A DNA stretch of 64,000 bases from an uncultured Acidobacteriota bacterium (GTDB taxonomy: Bacteria > Acidobacteriota > Terriglobia > Terriglobales > Acidobacteriaceae): positions 88 through 64,087 of the forward strand of contig CAINND010000099.1 of assembly GCA_903851035.1 (NCBI GenBank), in the 5' to 3' direction. The translations under genes were made by a program, and so were the position numbers. Positions 6,705 through 16,487 of the stretch are shown one piece after another. Below the pieces are notes generated by a model. The model was not told the DNA's origin, searched no databases, and saw only the letters and a program-made list of their open reading frames with translations. The first letter of the stretch is position 1. Every line of letters begins with the position of its first letter.

Positions 6705-9314
6705 ATGAAACGGTGGAGCAAGCTGGCCTCGGAGCTGGCATGGTGTTTGGCCGGTGTCATTTTCCTGCTGTTGCCGGCGGCACTATTTGCCGCAGACGCA
6801 GCGGCCTTTGACCTGGTGGGTCCCCGGGTGGAGGTGCGCGTCACGCGAGACGGCGTAACCCTGCCCATCGCCGAGGTACCCAACCTCCGCGAAGGCGACC
6901 GCGTTTGGATACACCCCGCGCTGCCCGACGATCAGAAGGCGCGCTATGTGATGGTGGTTGCCTTTCTGCGTGGCGCCACCAATCCGCCGCCGGAGTCCTG
7001 GTTCATCCGCGCCGACGCCTGGGAGCGGCAGGTGCGCGAGGAGGGCATTACGGTCACCGTGCCCAGTGGAGCGCAACAGGCGCTCGTCTTTCTTGCTCCG
7101 CGCACCGGAGGCGACTTTGCCACCCTGCGCTCGGCCGTGCAGGGCAAGCCCGGAGCCTTCGTCCGCGCCGCCCAGGACCTACAACTGCTCAGCCTGAATC
7201 GCGCCCGCCTGGAAAAGTACCTGGCAGCCATCCGCGAATATGGCGAGCAGGATCCCAAGGCGCTGCATGACCGCGCGCTTCTGCTGGCGCGCAGCCTCAG
7301 CATCAAGGTGGATGAGGCCTGCTTTAATAAGCCGCTGCAGCAGCAGGCCAGTTGCCTGATGCAGAACAGCGACCAACTGGTGCTCGACGACGGCCACGGG
7401 CAGTCCATGGTCAGCGCCATCACGCAAAGCGGCGGCAGTGACCTGCTGGGCGCCATCACCACCACAAAGATCGGCGGCGGCGGAGCTTACAGCCCCTACG
7501 TCGGCGTGGTGGTGGACCTGGCCAAGCTGATGGAAAACCTGCACACCGCCAAGTATCAGTACATCAGCGCGCTGGCCCTGCCGCAGGGCGATGAACTGCA
7601 CTTGCGCCTGAATACTCCGCCCAGCTTTCACAAGCCGCAGTCGGTGATTGTGATCGGCCTGCCGGTGGTGCAGCCGCCCATACTGCCGCAGTTGCATGCC
7701 GTGGCCGCCGATGAGCTGCGCTGCGCGCAGAATCCGCAGCTCGTGCTACCCGGCGAAGGCGCTCCGCTGGTCTTCAGCGGAGAGCTGGCGCATCATCTAA
7801 CCCTGCATGTGGAGTCGAAAGACGGCCACTCCGCCAACCTTCCCGTCACGGCCAACGCGCTGCATGGCGGCTTTGTGCCGTCGGAAAAAGTTCCGGCCCT
7901 GGAATGGCTGCCTCTCAGTTTTGAGGCGACCCTGCGCGGGGAATGGGGCTTCGATTTTTTTACCGGCCCCACCTACCGTCTGCAACGCTCAGACAGTGGA
8001 GTGACCTGGAAGCTGGCCGACGATGACCGCAGCGGGCCGGTGGCGGGCAGCGACCGCACCCTAGTGCTGCATTCGCCAAACGCCGTTTGCGTGGAGCAGA
8101 TTACCTTCCGTCCCGCCACGGGCGAGGCGCGCAAGGCGGAGTGGAAGTTCAAGGGTGAGCAGATTGAGATTCACCTGCCGCTGGCGCAGGCGCCCGCAGG
8201 AGACAGCGCGCTGGTCGTCAAACAATACGGGCTCACCCAGGCCGCCGAGGTGCCACTGCGCATTTACGAGGAAGCCTGCCGACTGGAAGAGTTCGAGTAC
8301 CACACCGGCGATTCGCACGGAGTGCTGAAGGGGAGCTGCCTGGATCGCGTGCAGTCGCTGGATGCCTTCGGCGTTCGCTTCAAGCCCTCGGAGGCCACAT
8401 CCGCGCCATCCGCGCGCGAGCCGCTGACCATGCTGGCCGATGCCGCGCCACGCAACGTAAAGGGAGCGTCCGCTACTGCCGCCGCGCTGCTGCTGGACGA
8501 ACGAAAGCTGGAGGTCAAGGTCGTGGTGTTGCCGCCGCGTCCGCGCGTTACGCTGCTGGGCAAGGTCATTGAGCCGGCCGCTTCGCTCATCCACCTTGGC
8601 GGGCAGGAGGATCTGCCCGTTGACGCCCGCCTGCACTTCCGCCTGCGCAGTGAGGTGCCGGCGGTCTTCGCTCCGGCGGAGAAGATCGAGGTTGCCAGCG
8701 TGGATGGTTTCTATCGCGCCGAGCTGACGCTGGAAAACGGCGGCCTGATGCGCCAGAACCAGCACACCCTGATGGCGACCCTGGAACTGCCGCGCCGCTC
8801 CGGAGCCTCGGCCTTTGGCCCCATGCGCTTCCGTCCGGTCTCGCCAGAAGGCTACGCCGGAGACTGGTTGCCTCTGGTTACGCTGGTCCGCCTGCCGGAG
8901 ATCACCGATGTGCGCTGCCCCGCGGCGCGCGAGGAGCCCTGTATGCTGAGCGGCGGCAACCTTTTCCTCATCGAAGCCATTGCCAGCGACGCCGAGTTTC
9001 AGCGCGCGGTCATCATCAGCGACAGCGCGCTCAGCACGGCCGTTCCCGTGCCGCATCCTCACGGACGCCAGCTCTACCTGAAGCTGCGCGACGATCCCAG
9101 CGTGGTTCATACCCTTGAGCTGCCGCAGAAGAAGGAGCCCGCGCCGCGTCGCGACGACAAGCCAGCGCCCAGCGACGCCAGCCGTGATGCGGGCAAACCC
9201 GCCACCGAGCCCGCCGCCACGCAGCCGCCGCAAAATGCACCGCCGGCACAAAGCGCGCCTGCGGCACAAAAGCCTTCTCCGGCTCCGGCACCCGCCAACG
9301 CACCACATCCTTAA
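6705..9314 (+). CDS. Large secreted protein of unknown function with Pro/Ala-rich C-terminal tail
   Basis: 869 aa. ATG is preceded by GGAG. The N-terminal signal peptide is LAGVIFLLLPAALFAADA. I recognise no domain. The last ~70 aa are low-complexity (KPAPSDASRDAGKPATEPAATQPPQNAPPAQSAPAAQKPSPAPAPANAPHP). Confidence 0.7.
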   Translation: MKRWSKLASELAWCLAGVIFLLLPAALFAADAAAFDLVGPRVEVRVTRDGVTLPIAEVPNLREGDRVWIHPALPDDQKARYVMVVAFLRGATNPPPESWFIRADAWERQVREEGITVTVPSGAQQALVFLAPRTGGDFATLRSAVQGKPGAFVRAAQDLQLLSLNRARLEKYLAAIREYGEQDPKALHDRALLLARSLSIKVDEACFNKPLQQQASCLMQNSDQLVLDDGHGQSMVSAITQSGGSDLLGAITTTKIGGGGAYSPYVGVVVDLAKLMENLHTAKYQYISALALPQGDELHLRLNTPPSFHKPQSVIVIGLPVVQPPILPQLHAVAADELRCAQNPQLVLPGEGAPLVFSGELAHHLTLHVESKDGHSANLPVTANALHGGFVPSEKVPALEWLPLSFEATLRGEWGFDFFTGPTYRLQRSDSGVTWKLADDDRSGPVAGSDRTLVLHSPNAVCVEQITFRPATGEARKAEWKFKGEQIEIHLPLAQAPAGDSALVVKQYGLTQAAEVPLRIYEEACRLEEFEYHTGDSHGVLKGSCLDRVQSLDAFGVRFKPSEATSAPSAREPLTMLADAAPRNVKGASATAAALLLDERKLEVKVVVLPPRPRVTLLGKVIEPAASLIHLGGQEDLPVDARLHFRLRSEVPAVFAPAEKIEVASVDGFYRAELTLENGGLMRQNQHTLMATLELPRRSGASAFGPMRFRPVSPEGYAGDWLPLVTLVRLPEITDVRCPAAREEPCMLSGGNLFLIEAIASDAEFQRAVIISDSALSTAVPVPHPHGRQLYLKLRDDPSVVHTLELPQKKEPAPRRDDKPAPSDASRDAGKPATEPAATQPPQNAPPAQSAPAAQKPSPAPAPANAPHP

Positions 9315-9332
9315 AGCGTCGGCGTCTCCATG

Positions 9333-9360
9333 ATTTGTATGCGGATATTTGTATGCAGAT
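9333..9360. repeat. Tandem 14-bp repeat (ATTTGTATGCGGAT / ATTTGTATGCAGAT)
   Basis: Two adjacent copies with 13/14 identity form an AT-rich patch between convergent genes. A CGTAACG-attgc-CGTTACG hairpin follows at 9379-9397. Confidence 0.6.
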
Positions 9361-9404
9361 TTACGGCTGGCAGCGCTGCGTAACGATTGCCGTTACGATG
9401 GCGA

Positions 9405-10268
9405 TTAGTCGGCGGCCCATCCGCTGCGGTTGGCCGTGGGCGTGGGCATCTCGGCCGGTGCGGCCACTTGCCCGGCGCGCAAATCGGCGCGCAGCTCCCA
9501 CAGATGCGACAGGTAATCCAGAAAGGTTTTGAGCGTGGCTTTGCTGTGGCCGTTCTGCCGCGCCTGGAAGACGTAGCCGACCTCGCGCACATGGCGCACC
9601 CGCGAGCGCGCCAGTACCTCGAGCAGAATCTTGTAGCCACGCGGCGCCAGGGGCACACCGGCGATCACTTCACGACGCAGCACAAAGCAGCCGGCCATGG
9701 GGTCGGTGACGCGATCCAGTATCTCCGGCAGAAGAATGCGCCCCAGCCAGCAGGAGGCAACGGAGATCAGCTTGCGCGGCAGATTCCAATTGCCGTTGCT
9801 GCCACCGTCGGCGCGGCGGCTGCCCACCACAAGCTCGACATCGTGCTCCATACTATCCAGCAGCCGGGTAATCAGCTCAGGAGGATGTTGCAGATCGGCG
9901 TCCATCACGCCCAGCAGCTCTCCATGCGATGCCTGCCAGCCGCGCACCACGGCCGTTGCCAGGCCGCGCTCAACCTTGCGGTGGATGGCTCGAATGTGCG
10001 GATCGGCGGCCGCCAGTTCATTGGCCAGCTTCCAGGTACCGTCCGGGCTGTCGTCATCGACAATGATGATTTCGTAGGAGCCGTCCGTGGCGGAGTGCAG
10101 CAGAGGGCGCAGGGCATCCACCATCTCCTGGAGGTTGCCATGTTCATTGCGCGTGGGCAGTACCAGTGAGAAGGACACAGACTTGCCGGGCGCCACGGCA
10201 GTCACCACAAAGGTGCCGCACGGAGCGGGCGTCAGAATGTTCTCGGGGTTGTCGGTCTTTGCTCGCAT
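9405..10268 (-). CDS. Family 2 glycosyltransferase, polyprenyl-phosphate mannose/glucose synthase-like
   Basis: 287 aa. Motifs LVLPTRNEHGNL, IIVDDDSPDGT and GVMDADLQHPPE are typical of GT-A fold Dpm1/Ppm1-like enzymes. Confidence 0.85.
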   Translation of the reverse strand: MRAKTDNPENILTPAPCGTFVVTAVAPGKSVSFSLVLPTRNEHGNLQEMVDALRPLLHSATDGSYEIIIVDDDSPDGTWKLANELAAADPHIRAIHRKVERGLATAVVRGWQASHGELLGVMDADLQHPPELITRLLDSMEHDVELVVGSRRADGGSNGNWNLPRKLISVASCWLGRILLPEILDRVTDPMAGCFVLRREVIAGVPLAPRGYKILLEVLARSRVRHVREVGYVFQARQNGHSKATLKTFLDYLSHLWELRADLRAGQVAAPAEMPTPTANRSGWAAD

Positions 10269-10407
10269 GCCTAAGCCCTATTGGAGCATGGGCTAATCCT
10301 GGAGTCTATTGAAATCAGTACTTTCGGCGGCTATTTGGAGCAGGAGAGGCCGATACAGAAAAGTTAATAATGACTAAGGCAGGAATGAATCAGCGGTGAA
10401 TGCGCAA

Positions 10408-11649
10408 CTAAAAGACCGAGCAGACCAGGCACTTCAGGTAGTGCGTCTCCGGCACGTTCAGCAGCACGGGGTGGTCCACGGACTGGGCGCGCTTCTCGAT
10501 AATGTGCAGGTTGCGCCGCGCATCCAAGGCCGCGGCTTGCAGCATCTGCACAAAATCCGCCTCGCCCACATGGAAGCTGCACGAGCAGGTCACCAGCACG
10601 CCGCCGTTGCGCAGCATCTTCAGCGCGCGCAGGTTCATCTCCTTGTAGCCGCGCAGAGCGTCTTCGGCCGTCTTGCGGCTCTTGGCAAAGGCCGGCGGGT
10701 CCAGCACAATCGTCTCGTAGCGACGGTCGGCCTCGGCGTACTGGCGCAACAGTGCAAAAGCGTCGGCCTCCACCCACTCGATGGGCTTTTGCTGGTTAGC
10801 CAGGCGGTTCTGCTCGGCCACCGTCAGGGCTTCGGCGGAGATGTCCACGGCCGTCACCTGCTCACACCGGCGATTTAGATGCAGAGCAAAGCCGCCCTGG
10901 TAGGTGCAGATTTCCAGGGCCTTTCCACGGGCATGGCGCTCGGCGGCGCGGTAGTTTTCGCGCTGATCGAGGAAGGCTCCCGTCTTTTGCCCGGCGCGGC
11001 CATCGTAGTGGAAGGTGAGCCCGTTGATGTGGAAGTCGGTCTCGTACTTCGCTTTCTTCGTGCGCGTGTAGATGGCCTGATCCTCGCGCGCGGGCAGTCC
11101 TTCCAACTCGCGGATGCGATCTTCCACGCGTTCCAGAATCGTCTGCGGCGCGTAGGCGGCGACCAGCTCCTCGATGAGGATGGTGCGCGCCAGCTCGCGG
11201 TCCATGGCCTCGCTCAACACCTGCACGCTCAGCAGGTCGTTGTACTTGTCCACGATGACGCCGGGGACGAGGTCGGCCTCGCTGAAGAGCACGCGGAAGG
11301 CATCGGCCTCCGCAACCACGCGCTGGCGATAGGCGATGGCCTGGCGAATGCGGTAGCGCAGCAGGTCAGGATATTTTTCTTCCTCTACCGCGCTGGTGGA
11401 GATCATGCGCAGGGCAATCTGCGAGGTGGAGCCGTACAAGGCTGAGCCCCACACCTTGCCCTTCTGATCTTCGACGCGCACCACTCCGCCCGGCTCAGCC
11501 AGCTCCACGCGCTCCAGGTCGGAGCGAAAAATCCAGGGATGCCCCGTACGCAGGCGGTTGACGGCATGCGCATTCACCACCACGCGTGCGCTGGCTTTCG
11601 CCGCGGAGGGCTTGTCGCTTTTGCGGGGCTTCATGGTGCGGGGGTTCAT
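10408..11649 (-). CDS. Class I SAM-dependent rRNA (cytosine-C5) methyltransferase, RlmI-like (PUA + MTase)
   Basis: 413 aa. The N-terminal PUA-like region carries LRTGHPWIFRSDL. The C-terminal Rossmann MTase carries ALEICTYQGGFALH and IVLDPPAFAKS. Confidence 0.85.
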   Translation of the reverse strand: MNPRTMKPRKSDKPSAAKASARVVVNAHAVNRLRTGHPWIFRSDLERVELAEPGGVVRVEDQKGKVWGSALYGSTSQIALRMISTSAVEEEKYPDLLRYRIRQAIAYRQRVVAEADAFRVLFSEADLVPGVIVDKYNDLLSVQVLSEAMDRELARTILIEELVAAYAPQTILERVEDRIRELEGLPAREDQAIYTRTKKAKYETDFHINGLTFHYDGRAGQKTGAFLDQRENYRAAERHARGKALEICTYQGGFALHLNRRCEQVTAVDISAEALTVAEQNRLANQQKPIEWVEADAFALLRQYAEADRRYETIVLDPPAFAKSRKTAEDALRGYKEMNLRALKMLRNGGVLVTCSCSFHVGEADFVQMLQAAALDARRNLHIIEKRAQSVDHPVLLNVPETHYLKCLVCSVF

Positions 11650-11691
11650 GGATGCGAAATGGAGCGCTCAGTGTGACTGCCGAAACTTCGC

Positions 11692-12726
11692 CTATTGCCT
11701 GGGCAACTGGTGGCGCAGGTCTTCCAGCACTTCCAGCGGCAGTTGCTCCTTGTGGGTGTCTTCCAGCGTGGCGTCGTCCACAAAAAGATTGCGCGCCTCG
11801 CGCATTTCCTCGGCGAATATCTGCGCGCAAACGGCGTTCTTTTCCACGCGCTTTGCAATGGCCGCTCCGGTCTGCGCGTCATAGGCCTTCATGGTGGCCG
11901 CGCCCTTGTGGTTGATGAAGACCACAAACGCGCCCGCCGTGCCCAGCGAGGGAACAAACATCCACTCGCGCTCCGCCTGGTGGGCAATGCCCGTGGCGTT
12001 GGATGCCAGCTTTTGCACGTTGTGCGCCACCACATAGTGCAGGATGCGTCCGCAACTGTCGCAGTGCACAACCTCTTCGCAGGCCTTCACCCGGGCGTAG
12101 GCCTGCGGGCGAATCATCATCTTGCAGGCCGTACAGCGCTGCTCGGTGACCTCGGCCACGGCCGTGCCGCGTGAACGGCGTATGCGGTCGTAGGTGGCAA
12201 GCAAGGTTTCATCCACCCTGGCGCGCAGCTTGGCAATCTTGGCTTTGGCCGCTTCGGCCGCCTTCACTTCACTGGAGGAATCGGCCTCGGTCTGCTTCTT
12301 CTGAGCCTCGATCGTCACGCTCTCGCTCTTCAGTGCCGCCTCGGCGGCCTTCAGCGTTTCCTGCAAGGCGTCGGCGTTCATCATCACATCGAGGATCTTT
12401 TCCTCGTGGCCGGCAATCTCGGCTTCGGCATGGGCAATCTCGCTCAGCAGGGCCTTGTACTGGTCGTTGTTCTTAATGCTGGAGGACTGGCCGCGAAACT
12501 TGGTGATCGTGTCGTTCAGCGTCGCGATCTCCTGCTCATGCTGGCGCTTGGTGCTATCGGCAGCCTTGATCGCCGCCTGCGCATCCGCCACGCGCTTGCG
12601 CGCCGAGGCCAGTTGCGCGTCAATCGCCGCCAGCTTTTTGGGCAACTCGGAGAGCACAGCGTTGTGCCGCACAAATTCCTGGTCCAGGGATTGCAACTCC
12701 ACCAGCGTATCCAGCTCTGTTGCCAT
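11692..12726 (-). CDS. Coiled-coil / C4 zinc-ribbon protein (COG1579-like) with extra ~100-aa C-terminal domain
   Basis: 344 aa. A long heptad-like N-terminal region is followed by CTACKMMIRPQ...HCDSCGRILHYV, then an unassigned tail. Confidence 0.7.
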   Translation of the reverse strand: MATELDTLVELQSLDQEFVRHNAVLSELPKKLAAIDAQLASARKRVADAQAAIKAADSTKRQHEQEIATLNDTITKFRGQSSSIKNNDQYKALLSEIAHAEAEIAGHEEKILDVMMNADALQETLKAAEAALKSESVTIEAQKKQTEADSSSEVKAAEAAKAKIAKLRARVDETLLATYDRIRRSRGTAVAEVTEQRCTACKMMIRPQAYARVKACEEVVHCDSCGRILHYVVAHNVQKLASNATGIAHQAEREWMFVPSLGTAGAFVVFINHKGAATMKAYDAQTGAAIAKRVEKNAVCAQIFAEEMREARNLFVDDATLEDTHKEQLPLEVLEDLRHQLPRQ

Positions 12727-12885
12727 GCGTCATCCGCCTTTGTTCCGCGCGCTTCAATGTGATTAAACAAGGATTTTATCACGCTGACTGGCCGAAACCC
12801 GCATCGGTTGCCGTTTCCCTGCCTTGCCAAGCGCGCGCCGCGCCATGTAATTTGCTCAAAACGCTCTCATCCGGTGGAGGATGCA

Positions 12886-15192
12886 TTGTTCAATCTTCGT
12901 TGCCTGTTCGCTCGCTGTTTGTTGACCGCCCCTGTGGCCCTGTTGAGCGTACTAATGCTCTGGCCGGCCACCGCCCGCGCCCAAAGCACGCCCGCCGCTT
13001 CACCCGCCACGGCGAAAAAGCCCTTCACCATTGAGGCAATCTACGCCGCACCAGCGCCCGGTTCACGCCCGCCCAGCGGCCTGCAGTGGAGCCCCGATGG
13101 CACGCGCCTCAGCTACATCCAGCCCGGCGAAAAGGGTGGACAGGAGTCGCTTGCTTACTTTGACGCCGCCACAGGCAAGAGCGCCACGCTGATACCTGCC
13201 GAAAAGTTGGCCGCGCTTGCGCCCTCCACCAGCAAACTTAAGGATGACCGCCAGCGCGAGAACCGCGCCCGCTTTGGTGTGGCCGAGTATCAGTGGGCGC
13301 CGGATTCCAATGCGCTGCTCTTTGATGCCCTCGGCCAGCTCTGGCTCTACGATCTCGCCTCGTCCAAAGGCCGCCAGTTGACCCACTCCGACGAGCCGTC
13401 GAGCGATCCCAAGTTCTCTCCCGATGGACGCTACATCAGCTACCTGCGCGCGCACGATCTCTACGTGCGCCCATTGGCAGCCGAAGCCAGGGAGATGCGC
13501 CTGACTACGGGCGGCACGGCGGCGCTGCTCAACGGCGAGGTGGATTGGCTTTACAGCGAAGAGCTCGACGTGCGCTCCAACTACTTCTGGTCGCCCGACA
13601 GCCGCGACGTGCTCTTCCTGCAAAGCGACGAGTCGCCCGTGCCGCAGTACCCCATCGTCAACTGGATGGCTACCCACCCGGAGACCGATCAGGAGCGCTA
13701 TCCCAAAGCCGGCGACCCCAACCCGCGCGTTCGCCTGATGCTGGCGGCCCTCAAGGGGCGCACGCATGAGATCGCACTGCCGCTCGCCGAGGGCGACTAC
13801 ATTCCGCGCTTCGGCTGGGTGCGCCCGGGGCTGGCCTGGGCCATGGTGCTGAACCGTGCGCAGAACCAGCAGGACCTTTACTTCATTGATGCGCGCAGCG
13901 GGCACAGCCGCCGCGTGCTGCATGAAAGCGACACAGCCTACATCGAACTGCACGATCCCATGGGCCGCAACCAGCACCAGGGCATTCGCTTTCTCGATCA
14001 CGGCGATGAGTTCCTATGGCTGAGCTGGCGCGATGGATTCACACATATCTATCTTTATGGCTTTCACGGCGATCATGCCCTCGACGAGGATGCGCTGCTC
14101 GAACGGCAGCTTGATGCCGGTGCCTACGAGGTGGGCAACCTCGCCGCCCTCGACGAGCCCAGCCGCACGGTGTACTTCACGGCCAACAAGAACGATGCTC
14201 GCGGTGAGCAGCTCTTCCGCGTCTCGCTGAATGGTGGAGCGGTTGCACTGGTCACCCCTCAGCCCGGCACGCACTCGGCCGTCATGGCCGCCGATGCTCG
14301 GCACTATGTGGATACCTACAGCGCGCTCACCTCGCCGCCGCGCATGACGCTCTGCGCCACCGCGGGCGAGTGCCACGAGCTCTGGGCCTCGCACGCATGG
14401 GAGGACTACGACACCCTGGCGCCGCAGTTTGTGGACTTCAAGGCCGCAGACGGCACGCTGTTGCATGGTGTGCTGCTGCTGCCGCCTGCGGGCGCGGCAA
14501 CGGAAAAGAATGGCCGCATTCCTGTCATACTCAACCCATATGGCGGTCCGCACGGGCAGAGCGTGCGCGATAACGCCCGCGCCATGGACGCCTTCGACCA
14601 GGTGCTGGCGCATCGCGGCTTTGCCGTGCTCAAGGTGGATAACCGCGGCATGGGTAATCGCGGGCGTGCCTTCGCCCTGGCCGCGCATAAGCATCTCGGC
14701 GAGGTGGAACTTGCCGATCAACTCGCCGCTCTCAATCAGGCCCTCACGCGCTTTCCGCAGCTCGATGCCACGCGCGTCGGTTTTTGGGGATGGAGCTACG
14801 GCGGCTTTATGACCGGCTATGCCATGACGCACAGCGAGCGCTTCAAGGCCGGCGTCAGCGTAGCGCCGGTCACGGACTGGCACCTGTACGACAGCACTTA
14901 CACCGAGCGCTACATGGGCATGCCCAGGGAGAACGAGGGTGAGTACCAGGCTACCAGCGTCGTCAACGCCGCACCACGCCTTAGCGGGCGTCTTCTGCTG
15001 GTGCACGGCACCAGTGACGACAACGTGCACATGCAGAACTCCATCCAGTTCATCAACGCCATGGTCAACGCCGGACGCCCCTTCGATCTGCAACTCTACC
15101 CCGGCAAGACGCACGGCATCGCCGGTCCGCAGGCGCGCACGCACCTCTTCCACCGCATCCTGTGGCACTTTGAGCAGAACCTGGCTAACTGA
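12886..15192 (+). CDS. Dipeptidyl peptidase IV / prolyl oligopeptidase family S9B serine peptidase
   Basis: It has a DPP-IV-type propeller N-domain, the nucleophile motif WGWSYGGFMTG, then VHGTSDDNVH and GKTHGI. The track ORF starts at TTG 12808. I prefer TTG 12886 (GGTGGAGG 5 nt upstream), which gives the signal peptide MFNLRCLFARCLLTAPVALLSVLMLWPATARA. GTG 12874 is also possible. Confidence 0.9.
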   Translation: MFNLRCLFARCLLTAPVALLSVLMLWPATARAQSTPAASPATAKKPFTIEAIYAAPAPGSRPPSGLQWSPDGTRLSYIQPGEKGGQESLAYFDAATGKSATLIPAEKLAALAPSTSKLKDDRQRENRARFGVAEYQWAPDSNALLFDALGQLWLYDLASSKGRQLTHSDEPSSDPKFSPDGRYISYLRAHDLYVRPLAAEAREMRLTTGGTAALLNGEVDWLYSEELDVRSNYFWSPDSRDVLFLQSDESPVPQYPIVNWMATHPETDQERYPKAGDPNPRVRLMLAALKGRTHEIALPLAEGDYIPRFGWVRPGLAWAMVLNRAQNQQDLYFIDARSGHSRRVLHESDTAYIELHDPMGRNQHQGIRFLDHGDEFLWLSWRDGFTHIYLYGFHGDHALDEDALLERQLDAGAYEVGNLAALDEPSRTVYFTANKNDARGEQLFRVSLNGGAVALVTPQPGTHSAVMAADARHYVDTYSALTSPPRMTLCATAGECHELWASHAWEDYDTLAPQFVDFKAADGTLLHGVLLLPPAGAATEKNGRIPVILNPYGGPHGQSVRDNARAMDAFDQVLAHRGFAVLKVDNRGMGNRGRAFALAAHKHLGEVELADQLAALNQALTRFPQLDATRVGFWGWSYGGFMTGYAMTHSERFKAGVSVAPVTDWHLYDSTYTERYMGMPRENEGEYQATSVVNAAPRLSGRLLLVHGTSDDNVHMQNSIQFINAMVNAGRPFDLQLYPGKTHGIAGPQARTHLFHRILWHFEQNLAN

Positions 15193-15212
15193 GTTACGCG
15201 GGCAGTAAACGG

Positions 15213-15247
15213 CCGCAGGAGGTGGACTCCTGCGGCTTTTTCTTTTT
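15213..15247 (+). terminator. Rho-independent terminator
   Basis: CCGCAGGA-ggtggac-TCCTGCGG followed by CTTTTTCTTTTT. Confidence 0.65.
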
Positions 15248-15263
15248 GATTTCGCCGCGTGTG

Positions 15264-16175
15264 CTACATCGTGGGCCGCACTCCGCGACGGTGCCGCAGA
15301 TAGGCCCAGGCCGAGGCCACGGCCACCAGCACTCCCAGAGCGCCCCCGGTGGCATCGATCGCCGCAGAACTGGTCAACAGGTGCGCCAGCCACAGCAGCG
15401 GAACCTGCCACAGCTCCACCACGCGCGTGTAAAATGCGCCCAGTCCACGCATCACCTGGTTCATGTAGAAGTATCCGGCCAGCCCCACGGCTGCGGCCGC
15501 CAGCATCGCGCCCCACAGCGGCCAACTCAGCCATGCAATCGGCGTCCGCGTCACCACGGCCGTGCCCGCACCGGCCAGCATGGCCCCCACCAGTGCCGGA
15601 GCGATCAGCCACACCAGGTGCTCCTGCTCACCCTGCGCGCGCTCCCACACCTTGTAGGTCGCCGCCCGCGAGCCCAATGCCAGCAGCAGGAAGAAGATTC
15701 CACGCCCGGCGTTCAACACCGTGCCGGGCTCGCGCACGGCCTCGGCGGCAAACAGCAGCAACGCCCCGGCCAGCAGGGCCAGCGTGCGTCGCTCGTAGGG
15801 TCGCCGCTCGCCGCGCACGTAGGCCAGCAGCAGCGCATCCAGCAGCAGCACCGGCTGCGTCACGCGCCCGCTTAACTGCGCAATGGCGCCGAACCAGCCT
15901 GCAAAGGTCAGCCCGCCGGTCACGATTCTCAACAACGCCAGGCGTGGAGCCCGCGGCATCCACTCCACGCTCGGCGGACGCAACACAAGCCCGAGCAGCA
16001 CCAGCGCCAGCAGCGAGCGCTCCACCAGGATTGTCGCCAGCGAGAGGTGTGCCTGGCGCGCCAGCATCTCCACGCTGATGGTGATGGCCGTCTCGCTCAG
16101 CACCATGCCGGCCAGCGGCCAGCGGCGGAAAATCTCAGGCTCGCGCGTCACGTTTATGCGCACCTCATCCTGCAA
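15264..16175 (-). CDS. Polytopic membrane protein, possibly DMT/EamA-like transporter
   Basis: 303 aa with about 9-10 hydrophobic segments and a two-halves architecture. There is no diagnostic motif, so the family assignment is tentative. Confidence 0.5.
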   Translation of the reverse strand: MQDEVRINVTREPEIFRRWPLAGMVLSETAITISVEMLARQAHLSLATILVERSLLALVLLGLVLRPPSVEWMPRAPRLALLRIVTGGLTFAGWFGAIAQLSGRVTQPVLLLDALLLAYVRGERRPYERRTLALLAGALLLFAAEAVREPGTVLNAGRGIFFLLLALGSRAATYKVWERAQGEQEHLVWLIAPALVGAMLAGAGTAVVTRTPIAWLSWPLWGAMLAAAAVGLAGYFYMNQVMRGLGAFYTRVVELWQVPLLWLAHLLTSSAAIDATGGALGVLVAVASAWAYLRHRRGVRPTM

Positions 16176-16487
16176 GCTCTCATCATGAAGATTTCATCCC
16201 CCGCAACCATGGCCAGGCCAGGCTGTTGCCGCGCCAATGCGAAGGAATATAGGCACATTTGTGCCTCCATGCGACACATTCGGTAAACCTTAGTAATGAC
16301 TCAGGTACGCTGGTGCTCGCTTCTTTCTTTGTGTTGCCGTTGAGTCAGGCTACCATGTCGCCGTAGATGGTTCCTGCCTGAAAGATAGGCTTGCGGTTTT
16401 TAGGCCAGGACACAGCGTTCTTCCTGCGTTTGCCGTGCCAAGGGGCCTGGAAGCGTGGCTCCATAGAAGTGTGTTGAAAGGGTTTGT

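Noticed and set aside
16250-16265. GGCAC...TGC element as a sigma-54 (-24/-12) promoter for the pilin gene. The same applies to TGGTGCCAGCGTGTGC at about 6213-6228 and TGGCATGGAAACATAGC at about 36099-36115.
   Set aside because: The spacing between GG and GC is 9, 11 or 12 nt rather than the required 10. None fits TGGCAC-n5-TTGC.
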